Below, in pieces: positions 52,603 to 63,095 of a DNA stretch of 64,000 nt (position 1 is the stretch's first letter; every line of letters starts with the position of its first letter). Source of the stretch: a virus (taxonomy: Duplodnaviria > Caudoviricetes); IMG/VR virus record IMGVR_UViG_3300011405_000002, positions 1,451-65,450 of that record; one strand, written 5' to 3'. The notes under the pieces are model-generated. The model saw only the letters and a list, made by a program, of their open reading frames with translations. It had not been told where the DNA came from and made no database searches. Both the position numbers and the translations under genes were made by a program.

Positions 52603-55600
52603 ATGGCGGACTACACTCGTCTGAAACGGAAGATGGCCTGTACGGGGCTGCAGCTTGCGCCTCCGGATATCCTCGCTCCAGGAAAATTCTCTCGTTTGAA
52701 AAATGCGCGTTCGTACGAACCAGGCACCATCGAATCACGCGCTGGCTTCGCTCGGATCAACTCGACCGCTCTTGCCGATGCGATCCATTCCGTTCGCCGG
52801 ATGAACGATCAGTTGCCAGGTGCGGCGAATCCTTTCATCAGGGTGTCGGCTGCAGGAACAAAACTCTACACGGGAACCTCTGGCAATCTGACCGAAGTAG
52901 ACACCGGATATTCAGGGAACCCGGTCGCGCTCGTGCCGTTCCGTCCTGACGGTTCACCTCAGTCGTGGATGTACGTTGCCGACACCGCGAAGATGCGCAA
53001 GGTGAGCATGGACGCGGCAACGGATTACGGTCTTGGGATCGCCGCGCCGAACTCGCCGCCGACTGCAGCCTTGGCCATCCCGAACAACGCATACCTTGAA
53101 GACTTCTCTTACGCGAGCGACGTTGCGCTGCAGGCGGTCTGGATTGAAGGAGGAACTGCCGGAAACCCCACACGCGAGCAGTGGCGCGTCAATACGACCA
53201 TCTCGCAGATTCTGTTCGATACGGGCACGACCGGATGGGCATGCGTCAATCCGGCAGTGGCAGCGGGAATATTGGCTGGATCTCGACTGCTGATTAACAC
53301 GGGAGGCGGAACCGTAGAAACCGTCCTCGTCCACGATGTATTCCCCGCAACGTCAGGGACCATCACGATCGGATCGATTATCTACGATGCCGGAACTTCA
53401 GGGGCCTGCTCGATCGTGTTGAGCATTCCTGTCCGCGAGATCCAGGTGGATTCGATGATCCGGATTGCAGCGGCAGAAAACTGCCGGGTGCTCTCGGTGA
53501 CTCCGGGACCGAACGGGCTGACTTGTATCAGAACCAGTACGGCGTCTACGCGGGCCGCTGGCGATGCTCTGGCCGGACTGGCATCCTTCCGTGCGTATTT
53601 CGTGAGCACGCACGCTGCAGCCGAAACTGTGACTCAGGATGCCATGGTGAGTGCGATCACTACTGGCACGGGCTATCTGACGTCGACGGCGCTTGCGGCA
53701 AACCTTTCGCTTGTCGGTGGACGTCCAATCCAGTCGACCGACTACCTGCAGGTGGGCTTTCTCCTGACCGATCCTTCGAAACTGACGTCGGGAAAGATCA
53801 TGTTCGATATCGACGTGGCCGGATCCGGGGCCGGGACGATCTTTCAGAGAAACTTCTACTACTTCGAGTTTCGAGCGTCTGACTTTGTGCCGGCTGCCCA
53901 GGGAACCTTGTCGCTGCTCACCACCCAGCAGCGCGCGATTCAAAGACAGATCATCGACGAGGCCGCGGTCATTGCTCAGTTTGGCTACTATCCGGAGTTC
54001 TTGCCGCCCCCTGGAACTGACGTGTCAGGAATCGATCCGAATCAGTACCAGTATCCCTATTATGGTTCCATTCCCACCATGACCGTTTATGAGGAAGACA
54101 CTGGCTCTCCGGTTCAATCCTCCACCAGCGCGCAAAGCGATGCAGGAAAGGCTCAATGGACGCAGTTCAAGATTCCTTTGAGCGTTCTCGAGGCGAACCG
54201 TGTTGGGTCCGACCTGACGCGGACCTGGAAGGACATGAACTCGTGCCGGGTGCAGTTTGTGGTTACTGGGGCGGTCGACGTGTATGTGTCGGCGATCCTT
54301 GTCGGCGGTACCTACGGTCCTGACACTGGAGACCTCGGGACGCAATTCCTTTATCGCTATCGGGCAGAGTCGGCGATCGGCGCAATGTCGAATCCGTCTC
54401 CTCCGATGCGTGGAGGCCCCTCTCCTCGAAGCGAGCGGGTGATCCTGACTCTTTCCACCGTGTCTGACGCACAGGCCACGCAACTGAGAATTGAACGGTA
54501 TGGCGGCAACCTTCAGGGATGGCATCGGATCGGAAGTGTTCCGAACACGGGGACTCCGACTTTCAACGATGATCAATCGGAAACGGCTCTGGCCAACGCG
54601 CCACCTCTGGAACTCGACAATCATCAGCCGTTCCCAACGATAGACACTCCAAAGAGTGGAACCTGCAACGTCGCAGGGACATCTGTTGTGCGAGTCTCTG
54701 GAGACACTTTCAATACCTCGTGGGGCCGCGGCACGATCATCAACATCGCGGGCGTCGACTACACGTTTTACAATCAGCCGACCAGCACGACCTTCGTTCA
54801 GATAAACGAGAATGCGGGAACTGGATCCGCGGTCGCCTGGTACATCAAAGAGCCGATTCTCCTTGCGCAGCCGCTGCCTTCTTTGTGGGGACCGCATCCT
54901 CTGATCGACGTTCTGTTCGCGTGCGGGAGCGTCTATCAGCCGGGCAGCCTGTTCTGGACGAAGCCCGGGAACGCCGATTCCGCACCGATCCGATTCACGC
55001 AGGAAGTGACGGCGCCGACTGAGCCTCTCGTTAATGGCGTGATGCTCCCTGACGGTCGGTCAATCGTCTATTCCTCGCAGCGAAGTTTTGCGATCTATCC
55101 GGCGCTGAACGATGTTTCTGTCATGACGATCCTCGAGGCCGGGAAGCGCGGACTGTTCGCGCGCCGCTGTCTGTGCTCCGGGGAAGGAAAGATTTGGTTT
55201 CGCGCTGTCGATGGGATTTACGAGAGTGGCGGTGGAGCGGTCTCTGAATCAATCACAGGCGATCTCTACGTGCTATTCCCACATGGCGATACCGCTGGCC
55301 AGACATTCGGCGACTACATTCCACCGGACGACACGCTGCCCTATTCTCAGCAGCTCTCGTACGCGCGCGGTTGGGTCTATTACGACTACGTGGGCACGGA
55401 CGCGAATCGGCATCGGCTGTCTTACGACGTGGCAGCAAAAGCCTGGTGGCCAGACGAGCCTGCTGTTGAACTCCTGATGGCCTATCAGGAGGAAGGTCAG
55501 AGCGTGCAGTCGGTGATCTACGGTGGCGCCGATGGGCGACTACATACCGCTGGCGGCACAACAGACGACGGCACCGCTATCCCAGGGCAATTCCGAACCG

Positions 55601-56229
55601 GCTGCGAGGATGCGGACGATTCGCGCTCCGAGAAGCAGTTCGGCGATGCGATGCTCGACTTCGTGAGCCCCTCAGTTGCGATCTCTGTCATTGCCGGATT
55701 TGACAATTACACGGTCTTGAAGGCTGCACAGGCGTTCACGAATGCAGATCGGGAAGATCAGAAGAACCTGATAGTGAATTCTGGAGACGGGCAGGACGCG
55801 CGCAACATGGCGATCGATGTCCAGTGGGCAGCATCGGGCCCCAAGTTTTACGAGTGGCAGCCGTCTTTCAAGCAGAAGCCCGGAGACATGGTGCGCAACA
55901 CCTGGCAGACGCAGGAGATGACTTTCGGGTATCCGCACTACTTCCATCACGACCATGAAAGCCTGTGGGCGGTGATCTCTACCGAAGATACCGTGCTCAC
56001 AATTACTATCGACGGGACGGATTTCACGTATACCATTCCATCGACAGGCGGCGTTTATGCAAAGCAGATGGTGGAACTGAAGATCATGAAAGGGAAGTCC
56101 GTCAAGTATACGATTGTCGGAACTGAGGGGTGTCGGTTGTTCCCGGAGGATTGCACGATAAATTTGCGCGGTTGGGGGGATTCTGGCCCATACCGTCCAG
56201 TGAGACCATTTGGCGGCGGGGCCGCGTAG
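52603..56229 (+). CDS. Tail nozzle / tubular protein B-like (1208 aa, with a large insertion)
   Basis: N-terminal L.NAR......ESR.GF; beta-propeller-like middle; C-terminal K.F....LD... sandwich. Confidence 0.7.
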   Translation: MADYTRLKRKMACTGLQLAPPDILAPGKFSRLKNARSYEPGTIESRAGFARINSTALADAIHSVRRMNDQLPGAANPFIRVSAAGTKLYTGTSGNLTEVDTGYSGNPVALVPFRPDGSPQSWMYVADTAKMRKVSMDAATDYGLGIAAPNSPPTAALAIPNNAYLEDFSYASDVALQAVWIEGGTAGNPTREQWRVNTTISQILFDTGTTGWACVNPAVAAGILAGSRLLINTGGGTVETVLVHDVFPATSGTITIGSIIYDAGTSGACSIVLSIPVREIQVDSMIRIAAAENCRVLSVTPGPNGLTCIRTSTASTRAAGDALAGLASFRAYFVSTHAAAETVTQDAMVSAITTGTGYLTSTALAANLSLVGGRPIQSTDYLQVGFLLTDPSKLTSGKIMFDIDVAGSGAGTIFQRNFYYFEFRASDFVPAAQGTLSLLTTQQRAIQRQIIDEAAVIAQFGYYPEFLPPPGTDVSGIDPNQYQYPYYGSIPTMTVYEEDTGSPVQSSTSAQSDAGKAQWTQFKIPLSVLEANRVGSDLTRTWKDMNSCRVQFVVTGAVDVYVSAILVGGTYGPDTGDLGTQFLYRYRAESAIGAMSNPSPPMRGGPSPRSERVILTLSTVSDAQATQLRIERYGGNLQGWHRIGSVPNTGTPTFNDDQSETALANAPPLELDNHQPFPTIDTPKSGTCNVAGTSVVRVSGDTFNTSWGRGTIINIAGVDYTFYNQPTSTTFVQINENAGTGSAVAWYIKEPILLAQPLPSLWGPHPLIDVLFACGSVYQPGSLFWTKPGNADSAPIRFTQEVTAPTEPLVNGVMLPDGRSIVYSSQRSFAIYPALNDVSVMTILEAGKRGLFARRCLCSGEGKIWFRAVDGIYESGGGAVSESITGDLYVLFPHGDTAGQTFGDYIPPDDTLPYSQQLSYARGWVYYDYVGTDANRHRLSYDVAAKAWWPDEPAVELLMAYQEEGQSVQSVIYGGADGRLHTAGGTTDDGTAIPGQFRTGCEDADDSRSEKQFGDAMLDFVSPSVAISVIAGFDNYTVLKAAQAFTNADREDQKNLIVNSGDGQDARNMAIDVQWAASGPKFYEWQPSFKQKPGDMVRNTWQTQEMTFGYPHYFHHDHESLWAVISTEDTVLTITIDGTDFTYTIPSTGGVYAKQMVELKIMKGKSVKYTIVGTEGCRLFPEDCTINLRGWGDSGPYRPVRPFGGGAA

Positions 56230-56240
56230 GGAGGATTTGA

Positions 56241-56552
56241 ATGATCCGTTCAATCATTGTTACGTCTACAGGCGCCGGCTCAAAAGTGCGAGCGACTTCG
56301 GCCAACACTCCGCAGGAAAAGTGCCAGTGGATTTCGGTTGCAGCGGATCCAGACAACACGGGTTTTCTTGCCCATGGAGACGCGACAATTACCGCTGAGA
56401 TTGGCCAGCAGATCGCTCCAGGTGGAGGCAGTGGCATCATTCAATACCCGCCGTGCAGTGGGTTGATGTCTTACGGCTACATGCTCAGTGAACTCTATAT
56501 CTATTTCGAGGCGGCCGACGATAAGGCGCAAATCAATTTCATGACCCGATAG
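56241..56552 (+). CDS. Small beta-sandwich structural protein
   Basis: GGAGG RBS; I.A...NTG....G pattern. Confidence 0.6.
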   Translation: MIRSIIVTSTGAGSKVRATSANTPQEKCQWISVAADPDNTGFLAHGDATITAEIGQQIAPGGGSGIIQYPPCSGLMSYGYMLSELYIYFEAADDKAQINFMTR

Positions 56553-56566
56553 AAGGAGAGAATGTC

Positions 56567-57124
56567 ATGCGTAAGTTTCTAAGAATCGCCCGTCTCGCAA
56601 TCTGTTTCACCCTGGCTGGAGGAGTCCTGCTTGCCCAGCAGGGAACCACGATCCTCCGGGACTACAACTCGAACACTCAAGCGAATGTCGCTTCGAATCA
56701 CGCGCTCGACGTGAATATGTTCAGTTCGACAGGTACTGCAATAGCTCCGGTAACTGACCCCTGCGATGGAGTGGCTAAGAGCAAGTACGTTATCAATACG
56801 ACGTCTGCTGCCACCTTCGAGATCGACAATGCGTCAGGTTCCGACAAGTGGTACATCTGCTCTGTCAACATCATCGTCCAAGGCGCTCAGAAAGTAGCTA
56901 TAGCGGCCGATAACACGGATGGCTGTGGCTCGATTACTGAGGGCTTAAATGGTGGAACAACCGCGGCTACAGGCTGGAGTTTTGCGGCAGACGGTTCCGG
57001 CATTGCCCTCGGAGCGAGTAAGGGAACAGTCCTCGGGCCATCCACCGGTGGCTACTATCTCTGCATGCTCACATCGACAACGGCGCAGACGTCCGGATCG
57101 ATTCAGTACGTTCACGCGCCGTAG
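56567..57124 (+). CDS. Signal-peptide-bearing jelly-roll-like protein
   Basis: MRKFLRIARLAICFTLAGGVLLA-QQ; 4 mature Cys. Confidence 0.7.
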   Translation: MRKFLRIARLAICFTLAGGVLLAQQGTTILRDYNSNTQANVASNHALDVNMFSSTGTAIAPVTDPCDGVAKSKYVINTTSAATFEIDNASGSDKWYICSVNIIVQGAQKVAIAADNTDGCGSITEGLNGGTTAATGWSFAADGSGIALGASKGTVLGPSTGGYYLCMLTSTTAQTSGSIQYVHAP

Positions 57125-57131
57125 GAGCCTT

Positions 57132-58298
57132 ATGCGAAAACTTCTCCTCATCCTCCTGCTGCTCGTCGCGGCTCCCGCGTGGGCGCAGACGGCGACATGG
57201 ATTGACTCTGGTGGCGATGCGACGACAGACACGTCGATGGCGAGTACGACCTCTGGGACTGTAACCGTCGATGCGGTAACTTTCCATACAGGGCCAAATT
57301 CTTACAAGATCGGCACAGGCGCAGCGACGGGCCAATTTAACCGGACAAATGTGCTCGCTGACGCTGGACGACGGTGCAGCATCTGGTACAACTTTCCTGA
57401 CGCTACTCCTGCGACGAATACCTTTATCACGCTGTTTGAGGATTCGGCTGGAGCGACAAATGTAATCCGCATGCGCCTGAACACGACCGGCAAGTTGGAG
57501 ATGCTCAGCACGGCGTCTCTCGGATCAGAGGGCGCGACGGTATTATCAGATAACACATGGACGCGGATCGGTGTCTCTTACACGATCTCGGGCACAACCG
57601 CAAACATTACAGTTCGGATCAATGGCAACACTGAACTCACGCTAACTGGCGTGACGCTTGCGAACGCTTCAACGAATCGCCTGTCAATCCGAACTAACGT
57701 ATCGACAACGACGTTCTTTACAGACGACATCTGGTGCGACGACGGCACCGACCTTGGCGATCCCGGCGACATTCGCGTCACGGCGAAGCGACCGATTTCG
57801 AACGGCACAACTAATGAGTTCACGACTGAAGTCGGTGCTGGCCCTGCACCAAACGGAATCGGCACTGGTCATGCGCCCAACGTCAGTGAGCGTCCTCTTT
57901 CTACAACCTATGGATGGGCTCTGAACAAGAGCGATATAAAGACCGAGGAGTACAACATCCAGACAATCTCGGCTGGAGACGTAGATATAACCGGGTTGAC
58001 TATTAAGGGAGTTCTTGGTTGGGTACGCGCTGATGCCAACCCAACGCCAGAAAATGGCTCCATCATGCTGCAAGGCAGTTCTTCCGGAACCATTGCGCTG
58101 ACTTCAACGGCAGCTACATTCTTCAAGATCGGAAGCGCAACTTATCCCGCTGGCACAGGGACGGACATCGGCCTTGTGACCGACACTACGGCAAATATCG
58201 ACTCGCTCTACGAAGCGGGAATCGTTATCGGCTATCTCAATGGCGCAGCAGCCGCATGTGTGCAGAGTCTAATGCTATTGGGGGCTGGAGGATGTTAA
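57132..58298 (+). CDS. Signal-peptide-bearing ConA/LamG-like protein
   Basis: MRKLLLILLLLVAAPAWA-QT; W..IG.......RING...L lectin-like strands; AGGAG RBS. Confidence 0.75.
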   Translation: MRKLLLILLLLVAAPAWAQTATWIDSGGDATTDTSMASTTSGTVTVDAVTFHTGPNSYKIGTGAATGQFNRTNVLADAGRRCSIWYNFPDATPATNTFITLFEDSAGATNVIRMRLNTTGKLEMLSTASLGSEGATVLSDNTWTRIGVSYTISGTTANITVRINGNTELTLTGVTLANASTNRLSIRTNVSTTTFFTDDIWCDDGTDLGDPGDIRVTAKRPISNGTTNEFTTEVGAGPAPNGIGTGHAPNVSERPLSTTYGWALNKSDIKTEEYNIQTISAGDVDITGLTIKGVLGWVRADANPTPENGSIMLQGSSSGTIALTSTAATFFKIGSATYPAGTGTDIGLVTDTTANIDSLYEAGIVIGYLNGAAAACVQSLMLLGAGGC

Positions 58299-61200
58299 TG
58301 CCCACAGCGATGACACCGGCTGGTTGTTTTAGAGACGCCGCAGCGTCCGCAAGTCGTTACGGGCGTCAGACCAAAGAAGCGCTTAAAAAGTTGTTTTATC
58401 ATTCGGTAATTCTATTGACGCTTGCGCTTCTGTCAAGAACTACCGTACTCACGCAGGCCGCCTGCACGACAACGATTAATGGAGATCAGCCTACGGTTCA
58501 GACTGCGGTGAATGCGGCATCCGATGGCGATGTGATTTGCCTTAACGCAGGGAGTTGGATCTATACCACGCACGTTGAAATCACAGACAGCGGGACGGTG
58601 GGCGTTGAAATTCGCGGTGCTGGCAGTTTTCAATCGCCTTGGGGTGCGGACCCATCGACACAGACGATAATCACCAATCACTCGACAGGCAACGGCGTGT
58701 TCTTTGGCTACGAGCCTAACGGGACGCACAATCCAACGATTTCGAATATTACGTTCCTGATCGACTCCAGCACTCAGGCCGGACAGTACGTGTTTGGCAC
58801 GTCGATGGCAGCGGGCCAGCACAAAGAATGGATTGTCCACCACAACACGTTCACATTTAACACGACGCCGGGGTGTAACGCGAAAGCCGGGTTTATCGGC
58901 ACCGGCCATGCTGTCATCTACCGGAACATTTTTACGACCACGTTTTGCACTGGTGGATTCACGAATGTCAATGTGCTGGATGTGGCGTTTGGCGGCAACG
59001 CCACCACCTCGTGGGAGTCCGCATCGACATTTGGATCTGCCGACAGCGGCGGTACGGGCAATGTTTATCTCGAAACCAATTACATCGAAGGGTTCCTAAT
59101 CACCGACATCTCGACGTCAGCGAGATTCGTCGGGCGATTCAACGAGATCCATCTTGGAACTTTCGGCGGTCACGGATACGACTCGAATGTGACGGGTATT
59201 CGCGGTGCTGAGTACTACTACAATACGTTTTCGTGTAACGACATCTACTCCGGCTCAAGAGTGCCCCTGACAAACTGGATCTCTCAGCGCGGGGGCACTG
59301 GCTTCGTACACAACAACACGTTTCCTGCTCCTGCTTCGCCGTGCAACATTACAACGGCCCAGCCAGCGGCATACCACTCCGCGTCTTTCAAAACGCTCCA
59401 GTGTATCGGTATCCCTGGTTGGCCGGGTTCGTATCCTGACACCTATCCTGTGTCGCATCAGCCAGGATGGGGATGGATTAGCGGTTCAAACCAGAACGTA
59501 GGGACAACAGCGAAACAGAACTGGCCAGGCGGTGCTTCTGGATTCGCACAAGCCTTAGAGCCGATCTATCTGGCCAACAACACGAACAACACGGGAGTAA
59601 ACCCCGTGACCGTGCAAGGCAACGGCGGCGAGTGCAGGGCCATGGCGTATTCGAATAAATCGAAGGCGAGTGGTACGACCTTGGTTATTCCTGCCGCGAC
59701 AACTGCCAGCACGTCGATCCCCTACGCCAATGTCGGGCAGGAGTTGGTTGCAGTGCTTGGCGATCTAGTCGGCGGCACGACGCCGACGATTGCGTCAAGC
59801 CCTACATGTACGTGGAACCCTTTAACCGCGGGTACTAACGGCTCCATGAGGCTGTCTGCATGGAATTGTACGGTCGTCACTGGCGGCGCTGTCACAGTCA
59901 CGTTTACGCACGACTCCTCAGCAGCAGCGCGATCTGGGACCGTTGCTGTTCTGCGAGGAATGACGGCGAGCCCTCTGGACGCAAACCCAGCGGTCGTAAC
60001 AGACAACACCAGTCCCTACGATGCGCCTTTGAGCGGCACGCTGTCTCAGGCCGTCGAGATCGTACTCGGATACTTTGCTCTGAATGGGCCGACCGTCAAC
60101 GCTTCGAATGGTGGGGCGGTTCTCTTAACGACTGACACTATAGCGGCGGGGGCGTCCGACACAATCTCCGTTTCGAACGGCTCTACCGGCGGAGCAGTCG
60201 GCGTTGGCTTCAACGCGACCACTGGTGGTGCTGCTACAGACAACGTAACGGCTGGCATCACCTACCGTGTTGTCAATGCGACAACTTCAATCGCTCCGAG
60301 AATCACAAACACAACCGCAAACCGAGACGGTTTGGCCGGAACTGTGTCTTTTAAAGTGACAGGCACCGCCAGCAGCTTAGACCTGCTCGACGCTGACGTC
60401 ATCGCGTTCAACCGAGAAATCTATAACGATATTCCTGCGAGCGGCGCTTCATTTGATGGCACGGTTGGTACGGGTTCTGGTGCTCGCGCATCCCGCCCTG
60501 CAACCTGCACGACTGGCGTGGCCTACTGGTCCACCGATCAAGGTTCCTGGAACACGAGTGGTAGCGGCGGGAATGGTGTGCTGGACAAGTGCACAGGGAC
60601 AAATACGTGGACGAACGCCTGGTATGTTCCCTACGACTATCCACATCCATTGGCGACGGTTAATGGTGCATCCCCTCCGACTCCTGGAAACTCGGGAATC
60701 CTCACGACTTCTGCCGTCACATCGACCACACTGACAGTAAGCTGGACAGCGGCATCAGCAGCGACCGGCACTCCGCTGTACTACCTGTGCCGCTCTGCGT
60801 CTCCGATCACTACCGTTGCCGAATGCCTCGCAGCGACTCAACTTCAGGACTACACGGCGGCCTTCACGACCTACAATGACACGGGGCGCACTCCGCTCAC
60901 GACGTATTACTACAACTACGTCCTGACGGACGACACGGGATTGACAGTGCTCGGCAACGATGTTTCTCAGTTGATGCCGTGCGGGGCGACGAAGGTTGTC
61001 TTTACGGCGCAGCCAAGTAGCGCAGTTATTGGTGCAACGCTCGGGACCGTTACGGCTGTTATTCAGAACGCATCGAGTACGACCTGTACTGATTCCTCGG
61101 CCTCAATTGTGTTGTCGACGAATGCCAGTACGACATGGGGTGTACTTACGAGTTCAACCGGAATCCCAGGACTGACAAAAGCTGCGACCGCTGGCGTGGC

Positions 61201-61366
61201 AACATGGACAGACCTTTTTGCGAGTTCAACGATCGGCACTGGCCCAATCGACGCGAATTCTACTGGGCTGACAAAGGCGACAAGCGACTCCATTGCGATT
61301 ACTGACGCTCCTATTCCTCCTGCCGGGGGCGGTGCTGGAGTGAGACTTAGAGTGCGAACTCGCTGA
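58298..61366 (+). CDS. Large adhesin/fibre protein (beta-helix plus FN3/Ig-like domains), probable extended signal peptide
   Basis: ATG overlaps the upstream TAA; Q.AVNAASDGD.I.L..G start, WYVPYDYPHPL end of beta-helix, LTVSWTAA...YY.Y FN3. Confidence 0.7.
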   Translation: MPTAMTPAGCFRDAAASASRYGRQTKEALKKLFYHSVILLTLALLSRTTVLTQAACTTTINGDQPTVQTAVNAASDGDVICLNAGSWIYTTHVEITDSGTVGVEIRGAGSFQSPWGADPSTQTIITNHSTGNGVFFGYEPNGTHNPTISNITFLIDSSTQAGQYVFGTSMAAGQHKEWIVHHNTFTFNTTPGCNAKAGFIGTGHAVIYRNIFTTTFCTGGFTNVNVLDVAFGGNATTSWESASTFGSADSGGTGNVYLETNYIEGFLITDISTSARFVGRFNEIHLGTFGGHGYDSNVTGIRGAEYYYNTFSCNDIYSGSRVPLTNWISQRGGTGFVHNNTFPAPASPCNITTAQPAAYHSASFKTLQCIGIPGWPGSYPDTYPVSHQPGWGWISGSNQNVGTTAKQNWPGGASGFAQALEPIYLANNTNNTGVNPVTVQGNGGECRAMAYSNKSKASGTTLVIPAATTASTSIPYANVGQELVAVLGDLVGGTTPTIASSPTCTWNPLTAGTNGSMRLSAWNCTVVTGGAVTVTFTHDSSAAARSGTVAVLRGMTASPLDANPAVVTDNTSPYDAPLSGTLSQAVEIVLGYFALNGPTVNASNGGAVLLTTDTIAAGASDTISVSNGSTGGAVGVGFNATTGGAATDNVTAGITYRVVNATTSIAPRITNTTANRDGLAGTVSFKVTGTASSLDLLDADVIAFNREIYNDIPASGASFDGTVGTGSGARASRPATCTTGVAYWSTDQGSWNTSGSGGNGVLDKCTGTNTWTNAWYVPYDYPHPLATVNGASPPTPGNSGILTTSAVTSTTLTVSWTAASAATGTPLYYLCRSASPITTVAECLAATQLQDYTAAFTTYNDTGRTPLTTYYYNYVLTDDTGLTVLGNDVSQLMPCGATKVVFTAQPSSAVIGATLGTVTAVIQNASSTTCTDSSASIVLSTNASTTWGVLTSSTGIPGLTKAATAGVATWTDLFASSTIGTGPIDANSTGLTKATSDSIAITDAPIPPAGGGAGVRLRVRTR

Positions 61367-62421
61367 TGCCGCGTGACTACTCTATTCTTCACAGTTTACA
61401 AGGAACAATTTCTCCTGCGGCGATATCAACGTTTCAATTGATCCTGACGCATCTCTACGATCTCAACGATGAGGTCCAGAAGATTCCCAAGACTCCGCAG
61501 AAAATCTCGATATCCGATATCGAACAGCAGATCCAGGCGCGCAAGCGGATAAACCTCAGTCAGTTTCTCGGGATCCTTGCGCAACCTCAGAACGCAGCAA
61601 TCCCGGAAGTTGAAGCGCTTCCCAGTGTGAACGATCCTTTGTCGCAGGATGGTGGCGCGGTTCGCATGGATGGCGTGCTCTACGTCTTCGATGGTGATCC
61701 GGAGCCGGGATCTTGGGTGCCAATCATTTCGGCCGGCACGATTCAGGACACGCGGGCAAATCGGACGAACTATCCTCCTGCTAACTACGACAACTTCCTG
61801 TACCGAGAGACGGACGCTGGGTCGAGTCTTTGGTACATCAGCGATGGAGTGGCGTGGACGTACGCATTCGGTCGTTACAAAAGAACTCAGGCGCAGATCG
61901 CTGCATTCACCGCGGGGCTCGGAGTCAACGACACAGGTCTGCTTCTTGAGATCACAAACTACGATCACGTTCTCGAATGGGGAGGCGCTGCGCTTTCGTG
62001 GGGGTACGGGAACCCGGCGCCGTCTGGCATGTATTGCCTGTTCGAGACTGCGCCAACAACTCAAGGCTGGCAGATTTGCGATGGATCGACAGTCGATCGC
62101 CTGAATGCGGATGGAACGGTTACGAGCGTCACAGTTCCCGATCTTTCGACTCCTGCATACCTGAAGGGTGGAACGGCCGCCGCGGCGGTTGCAGCGGCAT
62201 CTGGCACGGCCGCCAACACGACAGCAACGAACCAGGCAACAGTGGTGGCGCCGCATACAGTAGTTGAGCGGCTGGACGATGCAGGCGCTGGAGTCTGGGT
62301 ATTCGACAATCAGGCAGACGCGGACCATGCCTCCCACAATCACACGCAGGACGCGCACAATCACGCACCGGGAACTTTAGAACTTCTGAATAAGCAAGCG
62401 ATACTTTACTATAGGCGGTAA
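61366..62421 (+). CDS. Tail protein with collar-like domain
   Basis: GWQICDG...VPDL...YLKG. Confidence 0.6.
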   Translation: MPRDYSILHSLQGTISPAAISTFQLILTHLYDLNDEVQKIPKTPQKISISDIEQQIQARKRINLSQFLGILAQPQNAAIPEVEALPSVNDPLSQDGGAVRMDGVLYVFDGDPEPGSWVPIISAGTIQDTRANRTNYPPANYDNFLYRETDAGSSLWYISDGVAWTYAFGRYKRTQAQIAAFTAGLGVNDTGLLLEITNYDHVLEWGGAALSWGYGNPAPSGMYCLFETAPTTQGWQICDGSTVDRLNADGTVTSVTVPDLSTPAYLKGGTAAAAVAAASGTAANTTATNQATVVAPHTVVERLDDAGAGVWVFDNQADADHASHNHTQDAHNHAPGTLELLNKQAILYYRR

Positions 62422-62423
62422 TT

Positions 62424-63095
62424 ATGGCAAGCCTTTGGAAGATTCTCGGAGGAGTGGCAGGCATCGCAGGCCAGGTGTTCGGACTTCCAACTGGCGCTGC
62501 TGGTGTCGGGCTTCTTACGAGCGGTCTGACGAGTGGCGGGAAAAAGAAAACGACGACTGGCGATGGCGAAGAGGCCTCTGATCTCGATTCCCTGGTAGGC
62601 AAGCAGTCTTCGCTCTCTTCAAAGTTTCTTGGCGAAGGTTCAAATCTTGCCGGCCGCGGCGAAGAGTCGATCGACAAATCGCTGCGTTACCTGATGCCTT
62701 TGCTTGGCGGCGACAAGACCGCCGTGACGTCGACGCTGGCACCTGAGTACGACACGATCCTTCAGCAGTACGATACAGCGCGTAAGACGGCTTCTGAGAC
62801 TGGGCCTCGCGGGGGCGCAAAGGGTGAGGCGATTGCGGAATCCACGTTCAAGCAGGCTGATGCTCTGTCTCGATTACTTCAGGTTGTTCGCAGGGAAGCG
62901 GCGAGCGAAGTTACCCGGATTGGTGAGTCTCGTGCGAACCGTGGTGTTGCAAAGGAAGGTCTCGGGATCCAGAGTCTCGACAACGTGATCGCGTCCCTGA
63001 CGGCGAAACGCGGGCAGAATCTCCAGACGTATGGTGATATTGGGCAGGGGATCGGTTCGGTGGTCGCCTCGCTGCTCCTCAAGGGGAACAACTGA
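62424..63095 (+). CDS. DNA-ejection / pilot-type protein
   Basis: Gly/Ala-rich amphipathic termini; RGG-containing helical core. Confidence 0.6.
   Translation: MASLWKILGGVAGIAGQVFGLPTGAAGVGLLTSGLTSGGKKKTTTGDGEEASDLDSLVGKQSSLSSKFLGEGSNLAGRGEESIDKSLRYLMPLLGGDKTAVTSTLAPEYDTILQQYDTARKTASETGPRGGAKGEAIAESTFKQADALSRLLQVVRREAASEVTRIGESRANRGVAKEGLGIQSLDNVIASLTAKRGQNLQTYGDIGQGIGSVVASLLLKGNN

Noticed and set aside
45532-62421. Diversity-generating retroelement acting on fibre genes
   Set aside because: No reverse transcriptase and no TR/VR duplicate seen.
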